Assembly: GCA_043754515.1 (NCBI GenBank)
Contig: JAYUUO010000194.1
Location: 1 to 31,890, forward strand
Length of the DNA: 31,890 nt
Origin: Armatimonadota bacterium
GTDB taxonomy: Bacteria; Armatimonadota; Armatimonadia; Armatimonadales; Armatimonadaceae
Direction: 5' to 3'
Shown here: positions 1-8,517 of the stretch, in pieces
Layout of the letters: every line of letters starts with the position of its first letter
Position numbering within the stretch: the first letter of the stretch is position 1
Notes under the pieces: generated by a model
Told to the model about the DNA's origin: nothing
The model's input: only the letters and a program-made list of their open reading frames with translations
Database searches by the model: none
Program-made: the position numbers and the translations under genes

Positions 1-330
1 TTCACGCTCAAGACCCGCCCGCTCAAGCGCGCCGACCTCGACGAGTTCGTGTCCGTCTACAACGCCGCGAACCGCCACGAGCGGGCGGAGACGTGGAGCG
101 ACGCGAACCTCACGGGACGCTGGCGTGCCTACGACTACGCCGAACTGATCGCCCGCGACAAGGTGAGTCTGGACATATTCTGGTTGCGCGACGAGAGCCT
201 GGAGGACTCCGCAAACCTGCCCGCCCCCGACGTGCTGGCGCGGGAGATCATGGACGATCTGGAAGCGGCTCTCGCGCAGTTCTCCGAAATCCACGCGACT
301 CCAAGCGAGGATGAGTTGGTCATCAAGTAG
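1..330 (+). CDS. hsdM: Type I restriction-modification methyltransferase (M subunit, N6-adenine DNA methylase), C-terminal fragment; 5' part is outside the window
   Basis: Frame is open from base 1: FTLKTRPLKRADLDEFV...GRWRAYDYAELIARDKVSLDIFWLRDESLEDSANLPAPDVLAREIMDDLEAALAQF, the typical HsdM C-terminus. Confidence 0.85.
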   Translation, partial: FTLKTRPLKRADLDEFVSVYNAANRHERAETWSDANLTGRWRAYDYAELIARDKVSLDIFWLRDESLEDSANLPAPDVLAREIMDDLEAALAQFSEIHATPSEDELVIK

Positions 331-400
331 GACCCCCTCCGTCGCTACGGGCGCGTGCTAACGGGGGCGGGGTGGGCGGTATGATCCAGCACGAGACATT

Positions 401-434
401 AAAAGACGCCCCTTGATTCGCATCAAGGGGCGTC
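401..434 (-). terminator. Rho-independent terminator of the tRNA gene
   Basis: 13-bp perfect stem GACGCCCCTTGAT (405-417) / ATCAAGGGGCGTC (422-434), 4-nt loop; AAAA at 401-404 gives a U-tract on the minus strand. Confidence 0.8.
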
Positions 435-450
435 AATATATACCGGTAAA

Positions 451-524
451 TAGCAACGACGGGACTTGAACCCGTGACCTTCGGGTTATGAATCCGATGC
501 TCTAACCAGCTGAGCTACGTTGCC
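451..524 (-). tRNA. tRNA-Met (CAT), elongator type; CCA not encoded
   Basis: Minus strand GGCAACGTAGCTCAGCTGGTTAGAGCATCGGATTCATAACCCGAAGGTCACGGGTTCAAGTCCCGTCGTTGCTA: acceptor stem GGCAACG/CGTTGCT, D arm, CAT anticodon, GGTTCAA T-loop; lacks initiator features. Confidence 0.93.
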
Positions 525-534
525 AAACGATTCT

Positions 535-563
535 ATTGTATCATATGTCGGGGATGCTTTCAA
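535..563 (-). promoter_or_regulatory. Sigma70-type promoter of the tRNA gene
   Basis: Minus strand TTGAAA-N17-TACAAT, preceded by an A-tract (UP-element-like), 10 nt before the mature tRNA 5' end. Confidence 0.8.
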
Positions 564-702
564 GTTTTTTTTGGCGCATCCCGCGCGAAACGAGGGAAGA
601 CACGGTTCGTGAAAAAGAGCGCGTGCAACGACGTCGCGACGTAGCGCCACCAAGCATTGCGCTGGACGCGGTGCCGCGATAGCGTAATTATTACTCGCGC
701 GG

Positions 703-731
703 CATGTTGGATTGCAACCATGTTGGATTGC
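703..731. repeat. 13-bp direct repeat upstream of the dioxygenase gene (candidate transcription-factor site)
   Basis: CATGTTGGATTGC at 703-715 and 719-731. Confidence 0.6.
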
Positions 732-748
732 CACAGGGAAAGAAATAT

Positions 749-1642
749 ATGAACGAGATAACGGCTTCGCCGGCGGAGCTACTAACAGGGGCACTGACGC
801 CGGAGAATTGCGCCGCCGTCGTGGAGGCTCTGCGCACCGAAGGGTTCGTGGTGCTGAGTAACGCGTTGGACACCGGGCATTTGTTGCGAATCCAGGAGCG
901 GATGCTCGAAGATATTCCACTCATCTTGAAGCGCGCGGACGCCCCGTTCAACTGGGTGACCGATAACCTGCAACAAACCGCGCCCCCTTTCGAGCCGTAC
1001 CTGTTCCGCGACATCCTGGTCAACGACCTGGTGATACAGGTGACAAAGGCTGCGTTCGGGCGCGGGCAGTTCTGCAACTTCTACTCCGGCAATACCGCTA
1101 TGCCGAGCGAACACCGTCAGCCGGTGCATTTCGATTTCGCGTCGCTGTGGCCCGGCCAGTCGTCCGATCATCCGGCCTACGGGTTTATCGTCAACATACC
1201 CGTCGTCCCTATGAGCGCGGAGAACGGCTCGATAGAACTGTACCCGCGCTCGCACACGGTCACGATACCGCAGGATCTTCAAGGGCTGACACTGCCGGAG
1301 GAGATGCTGGCGGCGCAACGGCAAATCGCCGCTCCGCTTCAGCCAACGGTGCCGCTCGGCGGGGTGGTCATCCGCGACAGCCGTTTGTGGCACGCCGGGA
1401 TGCCGAACCGCACGCAAACCCCGCGACCGATGATCGCCCTAATCCACTGGATTGACTGGTTCCGAACGTCCGGCGGGGTAACGCTCCCGGTCGGGTCGGA
1501 GGGGTATGTCAGTCATCCCGATCTGCGCTACCATGTCCGCTTCACGGAGAAGGCAACCGATCATATATCCCATGGCGACGCCTACGATTTCCAGGCGGAG
1601 GATGGGGTGGAGGTCGTCGGCGGCGAGGGGGACGCGGGGTGA
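749..1642 (+). CDS. PhyH-family Fe(II)/2-oxoglutarate dioxygenase, KanJ-like
   Basis: HxD motif QPVHFD, ENGS..PRSH, VVIRDSRLWHAGMPN, PRPM; start moved from 704 to ATG749, which follows AGGGA. Confidence 0.85.
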   Translation: MNEITASPAELLTGALTPENCAAVVEALRTEGFVVLSNALDTGHLLRIQERMLEDIPLILKRADAPFNWVTDNLQQTAPPFEPYLFRDILVNDLVIQVTKAAFGRGQFCNFYSGNTAMPSEHRQPVHFDFASLWPGQSSDHPAYGFIVNIPVVPMSAENGSIELYPRSHTVTIPQDLQGLTLPEEMLAAQRQIAAPLQPTVPLGGVVIRDSRLWHAGMPNRTQTPRPMIALIHWIDWFRTSGGVTLPVGSEGYVSHPDLRYHVRFTEKATDHISHGDAYDFQAEDGVEVVGGEGDAG

Positions 1643-1685
1643 TGACACGTCCCGTGGGGAAGTCGAAGGGCGTCGTCGCGCGGGC

Positions 1686-1715
1686 GTGACGCCGCGCGAA
1701 CAATTGGGGTAAAAT
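1686..1715 (+). promoter_or_regulatory. Putative leaderless promoter of the M48 gene
   Basis: GTGACG-N18-TAAAAT, then 6 nt to GTG1722; no SD sequence. Confidence 0.55.
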
Positions 1716-1721
1716 AGGCGC

Positions 1722-3083
1722 GTGATTCTCGATACCAATACCATCGCTTGGGACGCCCGTGACCGCGTCCGACTCGACAACCTGAGTGCCTCGGCGTTCG
1801 TCAGCGACACCGACCGCGCCGCCCTGGAGAACATCCAGAAGATACCGCTGTTGCCGCAGATATTGCGCAAGTTCAACGAGATGGCACTCGACAAGATCTC
1901 GTACGCCCGCAACTCGGCGGAATCGGTGCGTTGCGGGCCGAACCAGTTCCCGACTCTGCACCGGATGCTCCGCGAGTCGTGCGAGATACTCTCGATCACC
2001 GAACCGGAATTGTATATTCACCAGAGCGAGGTGTTCAACGCGTACACGTCGGGCACCGACCGCACCTTCATCGTTCTGCATTCCGCGCTGGTCCGGCACT
2101 TCACCGACGAGGAGCTGCTCTTCGTGATCGGGCACGAGTGCGGACACATCAAGGCGGGACACGTGCTGTACCAGGAGCTTGGCCGCATGCTGATGCCGCT
2201 CCTGGAGATGCTCGGGCAGGCGACGCTGGGTTTAGGGCAGCTCGCCGGAATTGGGTTGGTCGCGGCGTTCTACGAGTGGATGCGCCAGGCGGAAATGAGT
2301 TGCGACCGGGCGGGGCTGCTCGTCGCGCAGGACTCGCGCGTCGCGCTGTCCGCTCTGATGAAGCTCGGGGGCGGCTCGACGCGCTTCGATAGCGAGGCAA
2401 ACCTGGACGCGTTTTTGGAGCAGGCGCGTAACCATTCGCAGATGGCCGGTCTCGAAGGGCTGTCGAAGGCGTTGCTGTTCGTGATGTATAACTGGCAACT
2501 CGACCACCCGCAGGTCATTCATCGCGCGAAAGGCTTGGACGAATGGGAGGGGAGCGGTGCCTACGCGCAAATATTATCGGGCGACTTCCCGCGCGACATG
2601 TCGGGGACGTACCAGATGGGGCAGCGCATCAAGTGCCCGAAGTGCAAGAAGATGACGTCCGCCTCGGTGTCATTCTGCCCCGAGTGCGGTCAGGATCTGC
2701 ACCCGGAGCGTATGGCGACGGGTTCGTTCCTGCCCTGCCCCCGTTGCGGCGAGAAACTCGCGCCCGGCACGAAGTTCTGCCCGAAGTGCGGCTTCGCGAC
2801 GGCGGACGCGCCGCCCGCAGGCCCCGCGCCGGCTAATAATGGTGGGCAATCGCCGGGCGCGGGGCTTGCGGGGGCGGCGATGCAGGGGGTGTCGTCGCTG
2901 TGGGGCGCGGCGAAAGACGTCGTGAAAACGACCCAGGCGCACGTGGTGCCACCACAGGCACACGCGGTGCCTCCACCACAAGTGTATGCCGTACCGCCCG
3001 CCCCACCTGTCCCGGTCGCGCCTCCCGTTGTCGCGGGACCGCCTCCTGTTATCGCGCCGCCTACGAGCGATAAATCCGAGTAG
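1722..3083 (+). CDS. M48-family zinc metallopeptidase with C-terminal double zinc ribbons and a Pro-rich tail
   Basis: FNAYTSG, HECGH (HExxH), AEMSCDRAG, HP motif; four CxxC pairs (CPKC, CPEC, CPRC, CPKC); tail repeats QAHVVPP/QAHAVPPP/QVYAVPP. Confidence 0.9.
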   Translation: MILDTNTIAWDARDRVRLDNLSASAFVSDTDRAALENIQKIPLLPQILRKFNEMALDKISYARNSAESVRCGPNQFPTLHRMLRESCEILSITEPELYIHQSEVFNAYTSGTDRTFIVLHSALVRHFTDEELLFVIGHECGHIKAGHVLYQELGRMLMPLLEMLGQATLGLGQLAGIGLVAAFYEWMRQAEMSCDRAGLLVAQDSRVALSALMKLGGGSTRFDSEANLDAFLEQARNHSQMAGLEGLSKALLFVMYNWQLDHPQVIHRAKGLDEWEGSGAYAQILSGDFPRDMSGTYQMGQRIKCPKCKKMTSASVSFCPECGQDLHPERMATGSFLPCPRCGEKLAPGTKFCPKCGFATADAPPAGPAPANNGGQSPGAGLAGAAMQGVSSLWGAAKDVVKTTQAHVVPPQAHAVPPPQVYAVPPAPPVPVAPPVVAGPPPVIAPPTSDKSE

Positions 3084-3464
3084 ATGATGGAGCGTGAGAC
3101 TGGATGCCCTGCTCGCGAGACGCCAACATCCCTCGTCTTTCATCACGGAACCACGATGCTGGAGGCCGAGTTAGCAGTCACGACGGCGTTAGCAACGGTC
3201 GGATTGCGGGTCACGCTCGTCGGGACGCTACGTGGGGTACCGGGTTGCGTCCACTGGCACGGGAAGAGCGGACGCGACTCGGGCACCCTGGAGTTGACGC
3301 TCGCGCCCGGTGTTCCCCCGGTGCTCTCCTTCGCCGTGCACGCCAACCGAACCGGCGCGTGGACGGATGGCACAATAAACGCCATCGCGTCCGAACTGGT
3401 CGCGGACAGCCTGGTCGCGCAGCTAGATCGCGCGTCGGGGGGGATTTCTGATGGCGTCGTTTAA
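3084..3464 (+). CDS. Hypothetical protein; start uncertain
   Basis: Begins immediately after the M48 stop; protein-like core GTLRGVPGCVHWHGKSGRDSGTLELT. Confidence 0.6.
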   Translation: MMERETGCPARETPTSLVFHHGTTMLEAELAVTTALATVGLRVTLVGTLRGVPGCVHWHGKSGRDSGTLELTLAPGVPPVLSFAVHANRTGAWTDGTINAIASELVADSLVAQLDRASGGISDGVV

Positions 3465-3609
3465 GCGTTGCGCTGTTCAGTCCCATTATCAGCCATCAAA
3501 GCGGCAGATCTACTATCCAATCTCCCCGCCTTTCTTGCGCCCCGCCGATAAGCGTGGTACCGTGTGCCGGTCATGACGACGGATCGCGCGGCCCCGCGCA
3601 CCGGCGATA

Positions 3610-3638
3610 TTGATACGCTTTGTTTGACAACATACAAT
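3610..3638 (+). promoter_or_regulatory. Sigma70-type promoter for the rpsN-led ribosomal operon
   Basis: TTGATA-N17-TACAAT; a weaker upstream candidate TTGCGC-N17-TACCGT lies at 3535-3563. Confidence 0.7.
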
Positions 3639-3710
3639 GGCGGCCGGAGGTGACTCCGCACCGCGCCAAAGTGCGAGCGACAGCCAACGCGCTCGAAACT
3701 GGAGGAAATA

Positions 3711-3980
3711 ATGGCACGAGAAGCATGGAAAGAGCGGCAGAAACGCCGCGTCGCGACCGTGGCGAAGTACGCCGCGATTCGCAAAGAGTTGAAGGATAAG
3801 AAGGACTACGAAGGCCTCGCCAAACTGCCGCGCGACGCCTCCCCGACGCGCCTCAAGAACCGATGTTCCATCACCGGTCGGGCGCACGGCTTCATCCGCG
3901 TCTTCGGCGTCAGCCGCATTATCTTCCGAGAGTTCGCGCACCGCGGACTACTGCCGGGCGTCCGCAAGGCGTCGTACTAG
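3711..3980 (+). CDS. rpsN: 30S ribosomal protein S14, 89-aa zinc-independent type
   Basis: LPRDASPTRLKNRCSITGR...SRIIFREFAHRGLLPGVRKAS; only one Cys; SD GGAGG. Confidence 0.97.
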   Translation: MAREAWKERQKRRVATVAKYAAIRKELKDKKDYEGLAKLPRDASPTRLKNRCSITGRAHGFIRVFGVSRIIFREFAHRGLLPGVRKASY

Positions 3981-4000
3981 GAAAGCAGGGGAATTAACCA

Positions 4001-4411
4001 ATGGTAATCTCCGATCCTATCGGCGACCTTTTAACACGTCTGCGCAACGCGACGGCGGCGAACCACGACACTCTGGAACTGCCAGACAGCAAGATAAAGC
4101 GCGAGGTATTGCGCATCCTGCTCGCGGAAGGCTTCATCAAGGGCTATGAGCTAATCCAGGACACGCCGCAGAACCGGATCAAGGTCGCGCTCCGCTACAT
4201 GCAGAGCGTCGGGCAACGCCGGATACCGGCACTCGCTGGATTGAAGCGCGTGTCTAAGCCCGGTCTGCGCGTTTACGCCCAGGCGGACGAGATCCCGGTC
4301 GTGCAACGTGGCCTAGGTGTAGCCATCCTCACCACGTCGCAGGGCGTGATCACGGGGAAGCAGGCGAAACGCCTCGGCATCGGCGGCGAAGTTCTCGCCT
4401 TTATCTACTAA
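4001..4411 (+). CDS. rpsH: 30S ribosomal protein S8
   Basis: DPIGDLLTRLRNA, RVSKPGLRVY, GVAILTTSQG, GGEVL. Confidence 0.98.
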   Translation: MVISDPIGDLLTRLRNATAANHDTLELPDSKIKREVLRILLAEGFIKGYELIQDTPQNRIKVALRYMQSVGQRRIPALAGLKRVSKPGLRVYAQADEIPVVQRGLGVAILTTSQGVITGKQAKRLGIGGEVLAFIY

Positions 4412-4520
4412 GCAACCCATCGTTTTCGCGGCGCGCGTCCTCCCCTCGGGGCGGGACGCGCCCCGCGCGGTGATCGAGACCCGGCGCATACGCTTGCGTC
4501 AGGGGGAGTAACCACGAATT

Positions 4521-5114
4521 ATGTCACGAATCGGAAAACAACCCATCGCGGTCCCGGTGGGCGTTTCTATAAGCGCCGAGGCCGACGGTCGCGTCACGGT
4601 CAAGGGCCCCAAGGGCAGTTTGATCAGGCAGTTCTCGCCCGAAATGAAGATCGTGGTCGAGGGCGCGGTCGCCCGCGTCGAGCGGCCGACCGACCAGGAC
4701 CGGCACCGCGCCCTACACGGTTTGACCCGCACCCTGCTTTTTAACATGGTGACGGGAGTATCTACCGGCTTTCAGAAGATCCTGAACATGACCGGCGTCG
4801 GGTACCGCGCCCAGGTCAACGGCAAGAATTTGCAGCTCAACGTCGGCTTCTCGCACCCCGTGCATGTCGAGCCGAAAGAGGGCATCACGTTCTCGGTCGC
4901 GCAGGACCCCGGAAGCCGTCTGCCTGTCGTCACGGTCGCGGGGATTGACAAAGAAGTTGTCGGGCAACAGTCCGCCGAGATCCGCAAGGTGCGCCCACCC
5001 GAGCCATACAAGGGCAAGGGAATCCGCTACAGCAACGAGGTCATCCGCCGCAAGGCCGGTAAGTCGGGCAAGGCTGGCGCGAAGGGCGGCAAGGGCGGGG
5101 CGAAGAAAAAGTAA
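4521..5114 (+). CDS. rplF: 50S ribosomal protein L6
   Basis: MSRIGKQPI, VKGPKG, GVGYRA, RPPEPYKGKGIRY. Confidence 0.98.
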   Translation: MSRIGKQPIAVPVGVSISAEADGRVTVKGPKGSLIRQFSPEMKIVVEGAVARVERPTDQDRHRALHGLTRTLLFNMVTGVSTGFQKILNMTGVGYRAQVNGKNLQLNVGFSHPVHVEPKEGITFSVAQDPGSRLPVVTVAGIDKEVVGQQSAEIRKVRPPEPYKGKGIRYSNEVIRRKAGKSGKAGAKGGKGGAKKK

Positions 5115-5246
5115 GGGATGATGGTTCGCGGCGGGGTTGACGGGTCATGCTCGTTGATGCCGCCGCCGATATTTCCCCGCGGCGGCTGGGGATCGGTGCA
5201 TAGCCCTTCCCCCTAACCGCACATCGGAAACGAAGCAGGAAACAAA

Positions 5247-5597
5247 ATGAACGTTCAACGTAAAGTGATTCGCAACCGAATCCACACACGCATCCGCAAG
5301 CGGGTCGAGGGGACGCCGACGCGGCCTCGTCTCGCGGTCTACCGCTCCGGGCTACATATATACGCGCAGGTGATTGACGACACCATCGGTCACACCCTCG
5401 CGTCCGCTTCCTCGCTGAAAGCCGAGGGCATCAAGGGCGGCAACATTGAGGGCGCGATCGTGGTTGGGAAACTGATCGCGGAGAGCGCGAAAGCCGCTGG
5501 GGTCGAGAAGGTGGTTTTCGACCGGGGCGGTTACCTTTATCATGGGCGAGTCAAAGCCCTGGCTGACGCCGCGCGCGAAGGCGGACTGGACTTCTAG
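5247..5597 (+). CDS. rplR: 50S ribosomal protein L18
   Basis: [46 protein letters not shown]. Confidence 0.98.
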   Translation: MNVQRKVIRNRIHTRIRKRVEGTPTRPRLAVYRSGLHIYAQVIDDTIGHTLASASSLKAEGIKGGNIEGAIVVGKLIAESAKAAGVEKVVFDRGGYLYHGRVKALADAAREGGLDF

Positions 5598-5608
5598 GGA
5601 GCAAAACA

Positions 5609-6229
5609 ATGGCACGCATCAATGCCGATTCGCTTAATCTGGGTGAGCGTATCGTTCGTACAAACAAGGTCCAGAAAACTAACAAGGGCGGGCGCACCAT
5701 GTCCTGGTCCTCGCTGATCGTGGTCGGGGACGGCGAAGGGCACGTGGGTGCCGGTCTCGGCAAAGCCCGCGCGATCCCCGACGCGATCCGCAAAGGCACT
5801 GAGGACGCGAAAAAGCAGCTCATCCTCGTGCCGATGGTGGACGGTACCATCCCGCACGAAGTGCTCGCCGAGCACGGCGCGACCACGGTTCTCTTGAAGC
5901 CGGCCGCGCCGGGTACCGGCGTGGTGGCCGGCGGCGCGGTGCGCATCCTGCTCGAAGCGGCGGGCGTCCGGGACGTTCTAGCGAAGTCCATCGGGTCGAA
6001 CAACCCGATCAACAACGCCTGGGCGACCATCAACGCGCTGAAGAAACTGCGCACTATCCAGGACGTCGCCCTCCTGCGCGGCAAAACCGTGGAGGAAGTG
6101 CGGCGTGGTTCCACCATCGGCGCGCCGGTGGTGTCGGCGATCGTCGAGCCAGTCACCGCGCCTGTCGCGGTCGCGGATCCGGTTCTGATCCCGACCATGG
6201 AAAGCGCACTCGCGGAAGGAGCGGCATAA
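5609..6229 (+). CDS. rpsE: 30S ribosomal protein S5 with C-terminal extension
   Basis: [42 protein letters not shown]. Confidence 0.98.
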   Translation: MARINADSLNLGERIVRTNKVQKTNKGGRTMSWSSLIVVGDGEGHVGAGLGKARAIPDAIRKGTEDAKKQLILVPMVDGTIPHEVLAEHGATTVLLKPAAPGTGVVAGGAVRILLEAAGVRDVLAKSIGSNNPINNAWATINALKKLRTIQDVALLRGKTVEEVRRGSTIGAPVVSAIVEPVTAPVAVADPVLIPTMESALAEGAA

Positions 6230-6232
6230 TAA

Positions 6233-6463
6233 ATGGGACAGATTAAAATCACGCAGGTACGTAGCGCGATCGGGTACGAAAAGTCGCAGGGTTTGACGGT
6301 TCGTGCTCTGGGTCTGCGCCGGATCCGCCATTCGGTGGTACAAACCGACAACGGGGCGATCCGCGGCATGATCCACAAGGTCCGTCATCTGGTCGTTTTC
6401 GAGGAGGTCGCGGCGGTGTCCGCGACGGACGCGGCGGGAATTACCGCCGGGGAGGTTAAATAA
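6233..6463 (+). CDS. rpmD: 50S ribosomal protein L30
   Basis: IKITQVRSAIG...TVRALGLRRIRHSV...IRGMIHKVRHLV. Confidence 0.96.
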   Translation: MGQIKITQVRSAIGYEKSQGLTVRALGLRRIRHSVVQTDNGAIRGMIHKVRHLVVFEEVAAVSATDAAGITAGEVK

Positions 6464-7041
6464 TGAACCTGACAGATTTACGACCCGCCCCGGGTTCGGT
6501 CAAGCGGCGCAAGAAAATCGGGCGTGGTCCCGGCTCCGGGCACGGCAAGACGTCCACGCGCGGCCACAAGGGTGACAAGGCGCGGGGTCAGTCCAAGATC
6601 GGCTTCGAGGGCGGACAAACCCCGCTCCATCGCCGCCTGCCGAAGCAACGTGGTCTGGGAACGGGCCTAACGTCGCGCGGATTCAACAACGGCCGCTATA
6701 AGACGCACTACCAGATCGTCAATATCTCCGAGCTGGAGCAGTTCGAGAACGGCACCGAGATCACGGCGGAATTTTTACTGGAGCATCGTGTAATAAAAGA
6801 CACCACACTTCCCGTAAAGATATTGGCGGATGGTGTGTTCACCAAGAGCCTGACGATTCACGCCGCGAAGTTCAGCGGCGCGGCCGAAGTGATGATCGCC
6901 GAAAAGGGCGGTTCGGCGCAGGTAATCGCGGCGGGCCGTACGGTGGCGGAAGGCATCGCCGAGCGACGCATAGTGAACCGCGCGGCGGCGGAAGTCACCG
7001 CCGAGCGGCGCGCGGCGAAGGCTGCGGCGCGGGCCAAATAA
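6463..7041 (+). CDS. rplO: 50S ribosomal protein L15
   Basis: GRGPGSGHGKTSTRGHKG..AR, GFEGGQTPLHRRLPK. Confidence 0.98.
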   Translation: MNLTDLRPAPGSVKRRKKIGRGPGSGHGKTSTRGHKGDKARGQSKIGFEGGQTPLHRRLPKQRGLGTGLTSRGFNNGRYKTHYQIVNISELEQFENGTEITAEFLLEHRVIKDTTLPVKILADGVFTKSLTIHAAKFSGAAEVMIAEKGGSAQVIAAGRTVAEGIAERRIVNRAAAEVTAERRAAKAAARAK

Positions 7042-7056
7042 TCCGGGTTCGGAGTG

Positions 7057-7149
7057 TTTAACTACGGGAACACGAAGGACGCGGAGGGGGTAGGGGTTTG
7101 CCGTTGGGCGGCACTCCGACTTCGGGTCCTTCGTGTTCCCGTAGTTAAA
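7057..7149. repeat. Long inverted repeat (MITE/REP-like) between rplO and secY
   Basis: 24-bp perfect arms TTTAACTACGGGAACACGAAGGAC (7057-7080) and GTCCTTCGTGTTCCCGTAGTTAAA (7126-7149). Confidence 0.85.
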
Positions 7150-7173
7150 TCTGTTTAGGAGTTTTGTAAAACC

Positions 7174-8514
7174 ATGCTCGACAAGTTGGTAGCGGCGATG
7201 CAAGTGCCGGATATTCGGAAGCGCATTCAGTTCGTGCTTCTGATGTTCGCGGTTTACGTGGTGGCACTCCACGTACCGGCGGCGGGTGTTAACCACGAGG
7301 CGATCCAGAGATTGGTCGGCACGGGGGCACTCAGCGCGCTCGATATGTTCTCGGGCGGCGCGCTGAAAAAGTTTTCGGTGATCGCGCTCGGCGTCATGCC
7401 ATATATTAACGCCTCGATCATCATGCAGCTCCTCACGGTCGCCATCCCGCAACTGCAAGCGATGCAGAAGGAGGGCGACTCGGGGCGCAAGCAGATCAAC
7501 AAGATCACGCGCTACGCCACTGTCGGCCTCGCCATATTGCAGGCGTTCGGCCTGTACAAACTTCTCACCTCGCAGTCGGTCCTGGTGCCGGGCATCGCGA
7601 ACCTGCTGGTGGTCGTGATCACGCTCACTGCGGGCACGATGTTCCTGATGTGGCTCGGCGAGCAGATGACCGAGAAGGGCATCGGGAACGGCATCTCGCT
7701 CCTGATCTTCGTCGGCATCATGGTCTCGCTCCCCGGCCAGGTCGTGCAGACCGCGCAACTCGTCGCCTCCGACCCGACCAAGATCATCGGCGTCATCGCG
7801 ACGCTCGCGCTGTTCCTCGCATCCATCGTGGGCGTCATTTACATGACCCAGGGCGTGCGCAAGATCCCGGTTCACCACATGAAGCGTATCGTGGGCACCC
7901 GGATGAGCCAGGCGGGGACGTCATTCCTGCCGCTGAAGGTGAACACAGCGGGCGTGATCCCGGTTATCTTTGCCATGAGCATTCAGTTGTTCCCGGTGAC
8001 GATCGCGCAGTTCTTCCCGAAGATCCTCTGGCTTCAACAGGCCAAAGACTGGTTACAGCCGGGCGGTAGCATCTGGGCGAGTCTGATGTTCGCGGCACTC
8101 GTGTTGTTCTTCACCTACTTCTTCGTCGCCATGCAGTATGACACGCATGATATGGCGGATAACCTGAAGAAGTACGGCTCGCTGATCCCCGGAATTCGGC
8201 CCGGCAAGCCGACCGCCGAGTACCTGGACAAGGTGCTGTCGCGCATCACGCTCGCCGGTGCCGTGTTCCTCGCGGTGATCTCGCTGATCCAGTACTGGGC
8301 ACCGACGTGGACGGGGATTCATACGTTCTCGCTCGTGGGCGGGACGTCGCTCCTGATCGTGGTCGGCGTCGCGTTGGAAACGATGCAGGCGATTGAGGCG
8401 CAGATGGCTATGCGCAACTACGAGGGGTTCATCCGCACGCCGTCGGGACCGGCGGGCGCGGGCGCGGCGCAGACCGGCGCGAAGTCGTACTCCGGCGTGC
8501 GAAAAGCGGCATAG
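7174..8514 (+). CDS. secY: Preprotein translocase subunit SecY
   Basis: LGVMPYINASIIMQLL, WLGEQMTEKGIGNGISLLIF, PLKVNTAGVIPVIFA, IPGIRPG, GGTSLLIVVGV. Confidence 0.98.
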   Translation: MLDKLVAAMQVPDIRKRIQFVLLMFAVYVVALHVPAAGVNHEAIQRLVGTGALSALDMFSGGALKKFSVIALGVMPYINASIIMQLLTVAIPQLQAMQKEGDSGRKQINKITRYATVGLAILQAFGLYKLLTSQSVLVPGIANLLVVVITLTAGTMFLMWLGEQMTEKGIGNGISLLIFVGIMVSLPGQVVQTAQLVASDPTKIIGVIATLALFLASIVGVIYMTQGVRKIPVHHMKRIVGTRMSQAGTSFLPLKVNTAGVIPVIFAMSIQLFPVTIAQFFPKILWLQQAKDWLQPGGSIWASLMFAALVLFFTYFFVAMQYDTHDMADNLKKYGSLIPGIRPGKPTAEYLDKVLSRITLAGAVFLAVISLIQYWAPTWTGIHTFSLVGGTSLLIVVGVALETMQAIEAQMAMRNYEGFIRTPSGPAGAGAAQTGAKSYSGVRKAA

Positions 8515-8517
8515 CCG

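Noticed and set aside
451..524. Initiator tRNA-fMet or tRNA-Ile2 (lysidine)
   Set aside because: No C1:A72 mismatch and no three consecutive G-C pairs next to the anticodon loop; overall sequence resembles elongator Met. Ile2 is not fully excluded without tRNAscan-SE isotype models
3405..3455. tRNA-like fragment (GGTCGCGCAGCTAGATCGCGCGTCGG)
   Set aside because: Only a vague D-arm resemblance; no T arm or acceptor stem; lies inside an ORF
3550..3620. Known riboswitch (e.g. ZTP) in the long imperfect hairpin upstream of rpsN
   Set aside because: Conserved riboswitch nucleotides not found; the region overlaps the promoter boxes
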